A program made the translations under genes and the position numbers. DNA of 64,000 nt from Tubiluchus corallicola (taxonomy: Eukaryota > Animalia > Priapulida). A model generated the notes under the pieces. That model made no database searches, was not told the origin of the DNA, and saw only the letters and a list, made by a program, of their open reading frames with translations. The stretch's first letter is position 1. Each line of letters opens with the position of its first letter. The DNA is taken from the NCBI GenBank assembly GCA_030141605.1, contig JAQGDQ010000129.1, positions 8,781 through 72,780 on the forward strand. The letters run 5' to 3'. This document shows, one piece after another, positions 23,791 through 38,640 of this stretch.

Positions 23791-24919
23791 GAAATCTGCC
23801 CTTTGACACTAAAAAGGCATTCAACTCAAAGCAGCATTCTCATATTTAATAATACTAAACAAAAATGAAAATATTGTGTTATTTACTAAGTTTTCAAATA
23901 ACTTTTAGGCCCGTATTGCTGATTGATACGACACTTGTATAAGAAAACTCACAGCTTTAAATGACTGATTAGTAGTAGCTTACATTGAAAAGAAATTGTT
24001 GTGTTTATATTGACAAGGCGTAAACAAATTCACTAGTTTTATTAATAAAGCGTAAACATATAGAGTAGTTTACACTGACAAAGTGTAAAAACTGATTATT
24101 TTGCAATGATAAAGAGAAAGAAGAACACGAGTGGTGGGTATGCGTCGACTGGATTATGACCTGGTGAAAAAGAAAACTCAAGCGATTACCAAATGCCAGT
24201 TAATTAAATGCAATCAAAGCAGTACGAACAAAAAAGATGCAAGCATTTAATAATAAAGCACGTACATCAATTCATGATATGCGTATGCGACCATAATAGT
24301 AAACACATAGCTGAAAACCGCGGACGCCATTTTACACTTTTTTGCTAATGAATCTAGCGTTTTACGCGTAACTAGTGCATAGTATACAACGTTTACGAAT
24401 GAATACTGTACGAGGAATGAAAAGGTAAACTGTCAACTTCTCACGGAGAGTAAAGTTGCAACGTGTGAACGGCTTGGTAACTCCTCTCAGAGAGAAGTTA
24501 TCAAGAGTCTTATAATATCAGTTTGACCAGTAATAATTGTAGCATCTAGTTACATTAACTTGTGCTCAATAATATAACAACACAGACACAATATCTGGCA
24601 TTATTAACACGAAAATATTAAGAAGTTTTTGGCATTTAGGAAAGAAGATGGTACTCGAATCTTGTTTCAAGTCGATGTAGAAAACTTGCTCCAGATTTAT
24701 ATATAAATGGCTTCTGGCTCGTCCATTATAAAAACAACAAAAAGTTGGCATCGTTCCTTACATCGGTTTTTGTTCCCTAAAGAATTTGTGTACAGAGCAG
24801 CCTGGGTAGCAATTATAATTAAGCCTAATGCACCCATTTCAGCACTAACCTGTACTCTTACGTTATGCTGGTACACAGAAAATCATCGCCGATTGAAATC
24901 ATTATTTCAAACTAACAGC

Positions 24920-25240
24920 AGCGAGAGGGAGCGGAGGAAGAGAGAAAAAGAAAAAGGAGGACGGAAAAGTAGGGAAGTAGAGAAGATAGATAAGTGGGGA
25001 AGAAGGTAAATAGAAACAGATAGACTAGTGGGAGAGAGGCAGAAACAGAGAAAGAGAGAGTGTGAAAGAGAGAGAGAAAATAGAAAGCGAGAACGAGACG
25101 ACAGAAGAGAGAAAAAGGAATGCAAAGACAAAGAAAAAAGAGAAGGGCGAAAAAGAGAAGGAAAGATAAGAGAGGAAGTGAGAGAGAAAGACGTAGAGGG
25201 AGAAAGAGGGCGAGTGCATGCATTAAACAGTGAGAGAGAA
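24920..25240. repeat. Purine-rich (GA-rich) low-complexity tract
   Basis: Read directly. Confidence 0.9.
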
Positions 25241-25309
<69 letters not shown>

Positions 25310-26324
25310 AGTCTTTTATTAAACAATAAAAACATTGTTTCCCCTCTATTTGCAAGGGTTCATTTACAAAATTCAATATAGCTAATTACGATAACAATAT
25401 TACACATAATGCAAATTTTGTACATACATACATACTTTAGTAGTAGTTTTTCAGTTTATTAACTTTTACATAACTTTTACAAATATTCATCAAAACCACA
25501 ATTAGAACTTTCGCAACACCTATTAAGAATACACTTACAATATATACATATTATTAATTAATATCACTATAATTTATTAATGATTTCATTTTAATGCAGT
25601 CATGTTTTTCTGTTAATATAATTTGAATTAATTTATAACAATTTTTCTCGCACAACATGTCTAACAATATTTACTATGCCTGACATACATTTTTATCTCT
25701 TTTTAGACAAATTTTGCTTATGTTGGCCGAGGCCAGAATGTGTCTTAAATTTATTCGAAATTGGTGGTCTACTAAATCACAGTCAAATATAATGTGTTCT
25801 GTCTGGTGTTTGAGGAGTTGCATTATTACAATGACAGCAATCTGTATTTTGTTCAACTATTCTATACCGAAATGATTTAGTTCCTCTATTTAAAAGTATG
25901 TTTAATGCCGTTGTTTCAATAAGCCTTTCGTAATGCGTTAGTGGTAAACACAGTGGCGTTAACATAGGTGTAGGTCCATCTTGTGGTAAATTTGCTATTT
26001 GCGCACAATAATAAAATCTTCTTTCAATTGTGTCGTTAAAAATTTCGAGCCACCCTTTTTACTATAAATAAAGTTTTCCCTAGGGAGATTTGACAATATC
26101 TTATTTCTCATATTTACGTCTTTTGTAATCTTCAAGAAAGTCTTGGTAGTTGCCAGGTGAATTTTTGCGGGATGCACACAATATCTAGCATTATTTGGCA
26201 TGGTTTCACGCAGAGCTATTTCCTTCTTAAGTAGATCATTTTCTGGATTGGCTAACACTTTTAACATAAATTTACTATATATATTACCATACGTTATATC
26301 AATGGGAGGGACACCGCAAATATG
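25239..26324 (-). mobile_element. 5'-truncated, decayed non-LTR retrotransposon with CCHC zinc-knuckle C-terminus and (TAA)n tail
   Basis: Frameshifted ORF pieces: ICGVPPIDITYGNIYSKFMLKV..., then DCCHCNNATPQT / TEHIIFDC (C-x2-C...H-x4-C). The 3' end is a CCCT..AGGG hairpin, AATAAA and (TAA)n (25241-25308). GTGAGAGAG flanks both sides (25230-25238, 26325-26333). Confidence 0.7.
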
Positions 26325-26326
26325 GT

Positions 26327-26337
26327 GAGAGAGCGAG

Positions 26338-26403
<66 letters not shown>
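26327..26403. repeat. (GA)n microsatellite
   Basis: Read directly. Confidence 0.97.
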
Positions 26404-26405
<2 letters not shown>

Positions 26406-27942
26406 GGTCATCAGAAATCACCAGAAACAGAGATGTTTGTATCAAAATAATCATACATTTATTAAAACAAAAGACGTCATACAAATATACTTGTAACACA
26501 AGTCTATCACACGTGAACAGGGGACTAGTTTAGAAACAAGGTGCAGTGCAAGAAACATGATCATATATATATATATATTACTGTTACTGTAATATATATT
26601 ACAGTAACAGTGTTAAAGCTAATCAAAACACCAAAATGCTATCCACTGCTTACAGATTCAAATTATCAAAAATTACCGACTGAAGCAAGACAATTGTTAT
26701 CAAATTTTATTTTGCTTTTTCAGTGCATTTTATTTAGATTTAATCTGGCATTACTTACGTCAGTTTGTTGCGTAACCATAAAGGTTGTCTTGAACGTAGA
26801 TTTCCATGCATAGCTGTAAAAAGAAATCGCTCTAAGCTGGTTTTCGCTATACATGTTATTCAGTTTCGTAATTACATAATGAGTTTCATAGCCGTCTAAT
26901 ATTATAGCACATTAAAATTAACAATCGAAATATGTTTATTATGCTAAAATGAGTGCGCATCACATTCTAGTGTACATGCAATCAAAAATTCCATACAACT
27001 GTAAGCAATAACTGTAGCAATTATATTTTCTGCATAAACGAAAGTGAATGCCTTATAATATTCAAAATGATGGAGCTAAACCTTACCCAGCATGTATAAT
27101 ATACCTAACAGTGAACTTTTATACAATCTATAGCAACGCTAAGGTTTACAGTATATAATAGCTGATTATAATGATGATCTAGCATTGTTTAAAATTACAA
27201 AATTAATTTGCAAAACTTTTATTACATTGTTTAACATCATTGGTCAAATACGCATGAACATTACAATGCTAGTTAAATGAAATAACTGTACATTCTATCC
27301 CAACTAAATGTCAAACATTAAATTTACAACATCAACAAAAGCAGCTTTTTAAATTTCAAACAGAACGTGCCTTACAGTGGCTAAAACACAGTAGGCAGTT
27401 TACATATTTGATTAATTATAATGTTGTAGATCTACATGCTATATGGCATAGTGCATTAGAATTTTAGTAATAACTACTTTATTGGTTTGATGCTTCATTT
27501 CCTCAAAAATTTGCAAATTAAACATACAAAGAAATATAAACTAACATTAACTGTGAGTGAAGTAATAGAAACATATTTTTTACCTCTATATTATTACTTT
27601 TAAAATTTTTTACAACAGTTACTTTTATTTTTATGCACAAATCAGGTAGCATTAAGCAGTGCAGCCATTCAAATATCACTTTGGCCACAAAGTAAATAAA
27701 CAGACTAGATGAGCATCAGCTATACAGGTTGCTCAGTCTGAATTACTGAATCATTTTTAAATAAGGAAGTAGGACTTGTCTTTATGTTTTCTAGAATAAG
27801 TACAACATCTGCAGTATTATGCTGATTATGTTGAGAATGCAGTCCATTTTTCTAAATCCTACACAGATCGGCATTTAGTTTCTTGAAAGGTGTTACAACA
27901 AATGGGTGTAATATTGCATTGATACAATAGATCCTGAGTGTG

Positions 27943-30900
27943 CTACACGGCAGCATTCTGTGATTTTCCTATTGCCGTACAGAGGGCGCAGACGCAGATG
28001 ATGCCAAAAATCTAAAGAAATTATAAACATAGCTTTAGATGATTAAAATACTCAATTTTAATGTGATAGAAAAACAGGGACAACCAATTATTTTGGAAAA
28101 TTGTGGATTATCATCAATTTAACGGCAACAAAAGGAGACCATTTACTTTATTTTTTAAAACTACTTTTCTGCTCAATAATTTTGTGTTGTCATTTTCTAA
28201 AGACAATTTTTAAACTGTTGTATTACTTCAAAAAACATAACTGGACATAAAATAACATTGCTGACACAACTGAGCATTACAAAATAAGTGCATACATCGA
28301 GCCAATAAAATTGGTGTAGAAATATTGGAATATAATAAATTTTCCTGGAGTACATACCTGGATTAATCCCAACCCAATCCCAACTCCTACAAATATTAAA
28401 GCGTGCTCTTTAATCCACTCATTCACAGACTCGAAACAGCCCTGAAATGTACAATTGCATTTACAATAAATGTTTTTAAAGTAGATTTTTCTTTTCAACA
28501 AATTAATTGCTTGCAAAATTACTATAACATATTTCCCAAATATTATGTAATCTCATTGTGTAATATTACATTTCTATACAACATATTCGTGTGGAAATGT
28601 TGACTGTTAGATAAAGTTTTATGCCATAACTATATCCAAACATAAAAATGACATAAATGTCTACAAAATCAGTACCTTGTTATGTCGTATTAATTTTTTG
28701 TAATTCTTTTTGTTATGCCAATACATTTTAAATTCCAGTTATTTCATTAACTTGTGGATTAAAAAACTGTGGATTTGCTCTATGTACATTCCTCTGCATT
28801 TGTGTACGTTACAATAAATTATAGTGGTGCTCCATAATGAAATATGCAATACAATTCAACTAGTAGAAATGAAAATTAATCTGCCACTTCCACTACACAA
28901 TTAGATAAATAATAGCCAAATTTAAAATTGTTAAAATAAAGAATACAGACTGTGATGTTATGCTTGGGCAATAACTATTACCCACTTGATTAAGACTGTT
29001 ACCTCTAGATGGCTCTAGTAGGTGATCACATGGAGTAAATATGTAGGTACCCAAATCAGGCATGCGCCATTTAGAGAGTTCTTTTTTAGCTGATGGAACT
29101 AACTGATTTGAAGTGATTTTTTCTTATTTTATATAGACCTTTATATATACCTTTATTATCATGTCTAACTAATTACGGAACATTTAGTAGGCCTGCTACT
29201 TCTTGCGACAAAGACCACTTAAATGACTGTTTAATTTGTGAAACTTCATAAGACTGCAAAACTACTAATAAAATGTTCAGTCGCTTACCGTTTCGGAGTT
29301 AGATTTGTTTATATCAGTCAAGTCCATGCATTGCTTCTCTGTCAAAGTCTTGAGTACCTCATCATTTAGTGTTTCTACAACATCAGCTTTACAACAAGAT
29401 GGCGGAATAAGCCAACCATTTTGTTTGACAGTCCACTTGGTGGTATAAGTGTAATCAGTGGCATCATTTACACCACAGCATTGAAACTGAAATACGACAA
29501 AGACATTTTGAATAAAAGTGGTCACAGACATCCCAACTTTCTGACAGACTTTTATTGGCAAAGAAGCCAACTTTTATTGATCAACTTTCCTTAACCAATA
29601 GGATTTCACTGAGAATGTAAAACAAAGGTTTCTCCTAGTAAAAAATGAAAAAAAGCTTAGTTGATGGTTTTTTAATAATGACACCTATTTTGGGATATTT
29701 CTAGAAACTACTGCACCTTCATTAAGTTACATCAGATGAATCAAATAGGGTTAAAAATAATCTTCTTGTGATTAAGTGTCTCTTTATTTTTGCTTATGTA
29801 TATACAGAGTGCTAATAAATTTTTAAAGGTTTCCACTCTTTCTATAAAAAGATCAGTATGATTTATTGATCACAATAAACCAATGTTGAGAATTTTGTTG
29901 GCAAATTTAGGAGTTTTGCTAGTAGATTTCAGTCATTAAGTAGGTCAGCACCCAAAGGGGAAGCAACATGACTTACCAAATATTGCACAGCATCCCACGA
30001 AGATGTTATGGGGTCGGAATTGTTTCCAGTATAGCCGTCCACTAACGTCATATTCATAAATTTCTTTAACTCTGTATCAACTTGTCCACGGAACACAGCA
30101 ACTGCAATTCCAGCAGCAATCTCCAAAATGAGGATTATGAGCAAAAACACGGCATACTGTGAAAAAATTTAAATGGCCACCATTAAGATAATTTAACCTT
30201 CTCTTATTAATTATAAAATTAAATTCTATGTATATGCCCAAAGTGTATATGCCCAAAAGATAGAAAAGTGTAATAATAACTTTTATCACATAAGTGTTTT
30301 CTGGGAAGCTATAAACCCTCTGTCTGTTATTTAGTTCACCACGGTTACTACAAACTGTCTACTGAAGTCTGTATAGTGTGTATTTTATTTTATGGAATAA
30401 TCAATGAAAATGCCTTCAGTTTGTGGTTTTGCAGCTTTTAGGCTGAGATGTTTCTGAATGTCGCTATTGTAGTGTGTCTTTCTCAACAGAAGTTGTCAGG
30501 TTGAAAACTGAGTCAAACTGGTTTCAATTTACATCCAAATAGGCTAAACTGGATGTTAGTTCTTTTTAAAAGCTGCCAGTGGGTTAGCCAGAGGAAACAG
30601 GTGGGTCCAAATAGAAACAAGAACAGAATGCCCCTCGTACACTAGAACCTCATTCTCTTTTTCTACTTCTCTTTGTCTCACTGCATGTTTGTCTCTCCAT
30701 TTACTTTTTTACCTTTACCTTACTACTACATGTTTCTTTTTCACATACAATCTCTCTTTCCCTTGTTTATCCCTTGTTTTACCTATAAACTATTATCAAT
30801 TACAAACTCCAAAAACTTCTATGAATAGCTTAATTGACTCACCTTTTGTTGTTTTATATGTAATATTTTTTGTACAAACATTTTGCAGATGTATCCTTGC

Positions 30901-33054
30901 CAAAAACCGGGTATTAACTAGCCACCTGCTTTACTCACCTTCATTTAATTATCGTAATTTCATGCAGGTGGCGCCACATAACAATGATGTTAAATTTTAA
31001 TAGATTTAATTTTAATAGAACTCAGAATCCTCTGCACTGCTAAAAAAACATCTTCATTGAAGTTATATGGCGTAGCAGTGTCTAGTTTTTTTGCTGGATT
31101 ACTGCTGCGTTTACCTGTCTGAAGGCAGATTTCTTTTATTTTAGAATTCTGCCTGCCCAATGTCTACAATAGACGTGACGGGCGTATGATGATGATGAAG
31201 TTATACGCTCCTTAGTAAATTTTTACACAGCATTAAATATCAGCAAATTTACGTAACATATCAGCTGTAACATGTCAGCAATTATGGCATACTTTTACCT
31301 CTATATATCTGTGTTTCTACCTTTTTGTCACGAGTGGCTTTGTTTGTGATTTTTTAACTATGATAACAGCGCGGTTTACTAAAGCTACAATAACTCTTAC
31401 CATTATAAGCAATGGTCTCAATTCTTTAATGGCCCCACAACATCCTAAGAACGCTATGATGAATGTTATAACTCCAGCGGCTATAAGCGTGTAAGCGGCA
31501 GCCTCTATGACACCAGGGGCATTAACACTTTGTATATCATCACCAATCTTTGTAAGATCTATGAAAGATGATTTGTCAACAAGAATCCAGATGCCTATGC
31601 CTAGAACCGTGCCACCAGCAAGCTGAAAAAATAGAGAACTACTGAAGACTGATCGTTGTAGTCCCAGAACCAAATACAATGTGATTTACAGAATTAGCAT
31701 TAAGTTAAACCACGTGCCATTCATAATATATCTTTGCTAAACTTTTGCATATAAATATCTATTGGCGTATTTTGTCAGAGTCAAACTCATCATTGAGCGA
31801 TCATAACTGGTTAACAGTTATTGCCATCTACTTTAAATCGAAGTGCATAAAGAAATATTTCAAACGTTTCAAAACTATTAACCGTGCAGAAGGAAAACGA
31901 GATTATATGGACACGCTAGCATGAGGTACGATGGTTTTAAATTTGATTAAATTCACTTTTTAAAGTTTTCTTTGCCATAAAATGCTCGCTGGCATGAATC
32001 ACATTTTTTCCATTTGCTTTATTTCTTCGGAGGCTGTTTCACTGCCGAATTTTACCTTCCAACTAGTAACTATTGTCGTACTAAAATTGTGACTGCGTGC
32101 CATAGTTATTCCAACTTCATTGACATTTTTCGAATTATGCATCGACATTTCTAAAGTTAAAAACTGGCGTCACTAACACTACAAAATGGCCAAGGTCATC
32201 CGTTATCAGCCAGTTTCAAGCAGAGCATTGTGAAGCCATAAAACGTGATGTCAAAGGCGGGCGTGGGCTCAGACGTGTTTTCGGCTGCGGAGTTAAATTG
32301 ATTGGTAAACAGCTTCTGGGAGGCTTCAAAGTAAGAAACCTACCGGATCTGTGTGTTATTTAGGAGATCCATGGCTCTTGTGTGACTAGCTGGTTTCGGT
32401 TCTGCCTAAACCTTTTTTTTCAATGTTATATAAATTTATATGGATGTTTGCGTATGTTTGAGTTGCTGTGGAATAAATAAATTCATAAATTCAATTCAAA
32501 TTCACCATCAATAGGTCATCATGTTTTTACAGCAACATTTTGCATACAATGAGGCCTGAATTGTAAACTTAAAAATGGTTAATCGTTCCATAAAAATCTT
32601 GTGTTCAAGGGTGACAGATCACCAAGAATCGCCGTTAGATGATAAAATTTTTAATTATTTTGCGGCAGTTTGATGACATTTTTTGTTGTGAATTAAATTC
32701 AAAACACTGGTACTCATTCAGTAAATGCGCAACTATTGAATTATTTTGATTTCAAGTAGCTAGGAAACTGAGAATGAGGGCTTAAATTACAATAACGCAA
32801 TTGAGTTCAAGCGCACCGTACCTGCAGCGGAGGTGAATCGAGTTCATATAACGTTTCTTTCTACAAGAGTAATCGATATAACGCAGAAAATCTATTAGGC
32901 TTTTTGCAACTGACGGCTCCACGCTTTTCATAAATTGAATTAAAACATTCCTTTGCAAATTAATGAGCAACAAATTCATACTTACGAAAAAAATAAAGTT
33001 GAATATAAACAGCATATATTTTGCACACGACGCCCCACAACTAAGATCCGCCAT
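27943..33054 (-). CDS. Tetraspanin (273 aa; 6-Cys large extracellular loop, TSPAN1/TSPAN18-like layout)
   Basis: Exons 33054-32986, 31622-31401, 30156-29977, 29486-29289, 28441-28358 and 28011-27943, all GT-AG and phase 0. Motifs: KYMLFIFNFIFFLAGGTVLGIGIW, FLGCCGAIKE, LILEIAAGI, QCCG, PPSCC, GCF, GLIQIFGII, then stop TAG. Confidence 0.96.
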
Positions 33055-34221
33055 TTTGAATTCTGAAAAATAAGAAAAACTTCTTCGTTAAACAGGATTT
33101 AAATTCACTTAGCATTTAAAATTTGGCCATCATGTAACTATATTCACAACTAACCTTAACACCATGCAGTCAGAAAAAGATCATACCATTCAAGGACTAA
33201 AAATGCAGCGAGTTGATGTTTTTAATACTAAGAGGAAATGTCTTAGCAAAACTGTCCAATATTTCAACCCAATATTTCAGCTTATACAACTTCAACGCAA
33301 CTGATATTACTTGACAGTACAATGCAAGATCAAGTGAGTTTGCATCCGTTACTAATGCACAATGACAAACAAACTATCATTGCAATCAACAGATCATAAC
33401 AGGGCCCTTGCTGTCATAGAAATATCGACTAGCAATCACACGAACAAACAGCTCATGGTTTTTCACATTACACAAATGATTATCTGCTGAAGTTGATATG
33501 CGCTTATGGCCCGATTCCAAAGTACTGGAAAACCCAATATGGAGTGATGTCTTAAAATTGCGCCATTTTATGTAAGAGAATGCACTCAGACAAATTACAA
33601 AGACAAGCAGGAAGGTAGATATGTAGACAGGCAGGTAGGTAGGTAGACAAGCAGATAGGTAAGTAGACAGGCAGTGGTCCTGCAAATTTTTTTCTAGCGC
33701 TTAAAATCATCGCTGCCCGCTGTCCACTGTCAAAGTGCTAATGCCCTTGTGTCTACTACTTAAGTGCCCATGTGACGTAAAACCTATGTACACAACTTAC
33801 TAAAACAAAATATGGAGGAAGTTAAACGATACATTGGTGCAGTTATAATGGACGTACCTAAAATCCAGCTTGAGTTTATGACGTACTCAATATTGAGCTC
33901 AACAAAAGTGTGCTTTAACTTTGCTTAAATTTTGTATTTGAAACAAAATGCGCTTATTGGATATTCGCCATTACAACTTTTTATTATTATTTACAATTAC
34001 GTTCACTGTTTCAGTTATGAAGTCACGTTTCATTATCAGCAGAGCAAACCTTAAGACATAATTGCTGAAAAACTACTAAGTGGGAAGATTGCCTTTATTT
34101 ACAACGTAGTTCCAATTGCTGCAGTTATTCATTTATTCCATGCAAAGTAACTGAAGCACTGGCTCACTGAGAGTCCTGGGTATATGCAGTAAATGACAGT
34201 TCAGGTTTACTGAGGTCCTGA

Positions 34222-35130
34222 TTATTCTGCAGTAACTGATAGTCCAGGTTCACTGAGACGTCTCTGCTTTCTGGCAGCTTTCTCGAGCAATACTTTTTCT
34301 TTAGAGGCGGCAGTTTCGCTAAGATGTCTAGATTTCTTAGTCGATGGTAAATTCATGAAATACACAGTGTTATAAGTCACACAATAGTTATCGGAACTGG
34401 TATCATGCGGGACTTCTGTCCCACTAGATGTGCTCGTAGACAATGAATGTCGTTTTGTATAGTTAGAAGTCTTTCGTTCCTCACGCAGCGATTTTTTGCT
34501 GATTCGCCTGTCTGGTGCTTGTGTTACCATCCACTCTGCGGATTTAATTCCAGTGCCAAACCCCATTCCCATGGCAATCACGGATTCAAACACTCGTAAC
34601 AGGATTTATCAAAGAAAACATACATAAGAAACAGAGGGAAATTTAGGTATTAATAATAGCAACGATTGTTGTCAAGTGAAGCAGCGATTCCATCATGTAT
34701 CTAGATGAATCTTCGCACAATAGTTTTATTTGGGTGTTTAAGGTGTAACTGAATTCCTTGTACTGTTTGTATCGCTCACATAATTTCTTTAGCTCTCTGC
34801 GCGGAGGTGTGCATTTTTTCACTTTTTGCACTCTGTCTGCAACTGAAGCCACTACTGGAATTGCTGAGTACGGCTGTTACCAGCATAAATTCATTTAATA
34901 GCAGCAAAAATGCGCAAGCGCTTTTTGAATTATGGCAGAGTTGTTGTTTACTTTTCAAATCCGGGCATGTGAACAATGTGTTAACGAATGGCAGCAGCTG
35001 TCAACTTTAATTTCAGTTACGAGTTTTTGCAAATTTAACGCATTAACGTTCGTTATTTATGGCCAGGGCAAATACTGCAGATTCACTCATTGCCACAATT
35101 GTAGGTCAGTATATGTATATCACCGGTAAG
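34222..35130 (-). mobile_element. Heavily decayed coding-like remnant, possibly a DNA-transposase fossil
   Basis: Several broken reading frames; segments such as ITNVNALNLQK, VADRVQKVKKCTPP and SSRYMMESLLHL faintly recall hAT transposases. There is no splice structure and no clean motif. Confidence 0.2.
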
Positions 35131-36778
35131 GCCTTCAATTCAGAAATGCTATTGAAATGTTGTGACGTTTAATACTACGTGTATATAACGTATCAGTAAT
35201 TACTTTACATAATGATGATTTAATTCGTTGTTGATTGCTTTTATTTTTTTACAGCTAGGAAACAAAATATAGTTCTACAGCAACGCTAAACCTTTAAATT
35301 TATTCTTTTTTAACTGCTATTAAACTTTCGAGAATTTTTCTTCAGAAAAAGCAAATAAAAATACTTTCAGTCTGGTCCTTTTAACTCTCCCAACAACAAG
35401 AACAAGGTTCTCGAAGTGGGTTTGCTAATTTTTATTTTAGCTTGTTTTTGTAATTTTTTGGGAATAGAATAATTGTCTTAGTTGACATACTATGTAGTTG
35501 AAACAAAGCTATTGAGAAGCATTTTTAATGGACAAAACAGTAAAACAGTGCTGACAACCGCTGGTTTTCATGATTGTCTTAGTTGTCTTAGTGTCTGTGT
35601 CTTAGTTGAACATGCTGTTTTGAAAATATTATTCAACATCCTATTCCTAGTAAGTGGCAAGTTTAGTGACACGGCTACTGGATGCACACAGTCGTTAGTG
35701 GTTATTAGAGACACTGTAATATAAATGTAGTTATTGCATGGAGCTGCCTGGGGGTAGCATTAATCGAATGAACATTAATCCCAAACGTAATTTCAGACAC
35801 ACGCGGAATTGTGGTACTCTATCAGTTTTGTAACATGACAAAAACATGAGTCAATTTTGCAGAAAGTCGTTACGAGTATCAGAATTGTGTATACAAATAT
35901 CTATTTTCAAATGATTGTGGCTTTGACGATAGTACTTGTGAAATGTTACGCATGCGTAGTCGTGCACGGGTGATACCATTTAATTACGTGGTATTGTTGC
36001 TTGTCCTCGTAATTATCCCACATCCCTAAATAATGAATTATACCGCAGGGTAGATTATATTAAAGCACGTAGCGGTACATGATATGATAGATGTATTAAA
36101 CATATTAAATTTTGCAACAATTATCGTGTTATAAAATCCGAATTTAAATCTTAAATATCTGCATGCACTGTTGTCGTAGGTCAGGATTAGTTGCAAATAC
36201 AAATTGGAGAGTTAATTTTTACACTTTATGCTTGTTATGACTGTTGAAAAGACGCCAAGTTTCTCATCGCTGTCTGCTGTTTCGATACAACAGAAATCCA
36301 AATACTTGGTTTATTCTAAAGGAAAATTTTAATACAAATCGTTGTCATAGCACGGAGAACAAAAATTTTGCAGTTTTCTTCTTTCAACCTCCAAAACTTA
36401 ATCACTACTCTCCTCACCCGCGCAACTATATACCGCACAGTTTGCTCGCTCTAATGTTCTAACATCTGTCGCGTTTTCTGGCTTAGAAGAAAAACGTTCT
36501 CTTTTGTCCGAAATATTAATTCTTTCACGATTTCGATATCGCAATAAAATAGACGGCTTAGGAGATGATGTTAGATTCTGTTTTATAAAAATCAATCACA
36601 GTATCTCGATATCCTATCGGATATCATTTTCACGTGACATTGATACTAAACAAGCGATTGAAGATAAAAATCTACAAAATTGCAGCATAATACTCATCTC
36701 GATTTCTGTAGCGCCTTGTTATTATTGTCATATTGTTATTATTGTGTATATACACAATATGTTATACATATACATTAG

Positions 36779-36824
<46 letters not shown>

Positions 36825-37785
36825 TATTGCATAATTATAGTTCAAGCTGTTTTGACAAATATATTTTAAGTACTAATAATTATAACAATTTGAATTGATT
36901 TTATTCAAAATAATAATAATAATAATGCTGCAGTTTAAGTCGACAATGTTAGCAAAATTGATCAATATCGTTTCAACATTTCCTATATAGATAACACTCC
37001 CATCCCTAGTCTAACAGTAGCAGTAACTGTTGTTGCCATTGGAAGTCACTTAGTTGAACGATTTGTGGTCCATATCAGATAATGACCTGCCACCTGAAAC
37101 CTTGACAATAATAACTATACGTTACAGCAGTTGAGATGAGCATTATGCTGCAATTTTGTTTAAAATAACTACAATTAACTGTTTCCTGTGACTATCATAA
37201 CAAAAGTTTACAACTAGCAAGGTAACTGTTGTATGCCTACATGTGAAAGCCTGGCAATGCACGTGAGAAGTAATTAGCATTGCTGATTTGAAAAATATTT
37301 ACAAAACCTTTCATACAGAAGTCTCACTGTACAGTGGTTAATAGCAAAGTGGACACGACATGTGCTTAGCGATCGAATTTGAGCAATGCCAAGTCTTGCG
37401 AAAAATAAAAAAACACAAGTGTTTCTATAATTATTTAACGCACAGAAGACTAAATTAATGTGTTAGATTCAATAGACGGTTTGTAATTCAAGATCAAAAG
37501 CAATGTGCATCGAGTCAGTCTCTGAAAAAAAACAATAGTTCAAATTTTTTTTATGTGAACTATTTAGGATATTAGGCATGAATCTAAAAGCAGATATCTG
37601 ATAGGCATGTATCTGAACGTGGAATTTGTTCAGAACGTTTTTTTAATTGGACATCAACTGAATTTTTTACAACTATAAATAGCTGACTATCGGTCTGAAC
37701 AATGTTCTAAGAAAAATTCAATACATGACCACACAGTAATTTAAAAACATCAGTAATGTAAGTTAATATATTTCAAATTTTACGT

Positions 37786-37803
37786 CACACACACACGCAC
37801 GCA

Positions 37804-37835
<32 letters not shown>

Positions 37836-37850
37836 CACACACACACATAC
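37786..37850. repeat. (CA)n/(CACG)n compound microsatellite
   Basis: Read directly. Confidence 0.95.
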
Positions 37851-38245
37851 ATGTATATGTATGCATACATATTGAGACACTGGAGCAGAGGACCAGGAGA
37901 ACGTACAGGATCTCGAGGAGTTCCAGACGCTCTCAATGCACTGTTTATTGCATGACCAGGATCAAGGATGTCCCTCTAACTTTAGTGACTGAACTGGCAG
38001 AGGTACTTACTTGCATAATATATGCTGGCACTTTTACACATTTTTATGTTGCCTATTTTAATATGAGGAAACTGTACTTTTGTCATGCACGATAGAAATT
38101 AAATAAATAAATTTAAAAACGGAAATTAAATCCATGTGAACTCACGGCGGATGTTTATTTTACCCGGCTGTGTGTTGACTCACTTTCTGTTTGAAAACTT
38201 CCTGTCTTTAATATGTGAACAGTGCTCCGCGCCTGTGTACACTAG

Positions 38246-38640
38246 ATAGTCGTCCAGAAAAAAACGTTCTCTAAATTTATCCTTCACCCTGGAAGAGGCT
38301 TTTGTAAAGGAGACCCAATCGTTGTATAGTTCGATTTCTCCTTTTTTCAAATAGCTATAAATTTCCCTGCAAAGCCCCATCAAGCGCCGTTAGGACGTTT
38401 TTTTCTACATGGTGTTTCTTTAGGAAGTGTGGGTAAAAAATCTCTAAAAATGGCGGTATTGTTCGTTGACTGGCGGTAGAAAAACGTCCTAGCCGCGCTT
38501 GGGGTGTTGGAAAGAAATTTAGAGGTTTTTGGAAAAAAGAAGAAACCAGGTTACACGGTGATGACGGTCTCTTTAAGAAATGTTTTTTCGGGATGAAAGG
38601 CAACGAATTAGCTTGGGAAATATTTTTTCTGGACGACTAT
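38246..38640. mobile_element. TIR-bounded non-autonomous DNA transposon (Tc1/mariner-like), 395 bp
   Basis: Perfect 18-bp inverted repeats ATAGTCGTCCAGAAAAAA (38246-38263) and TTTTTTCTGGACGACTAT (38623-38640), with TA at the termini. Confidence 0.8.
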
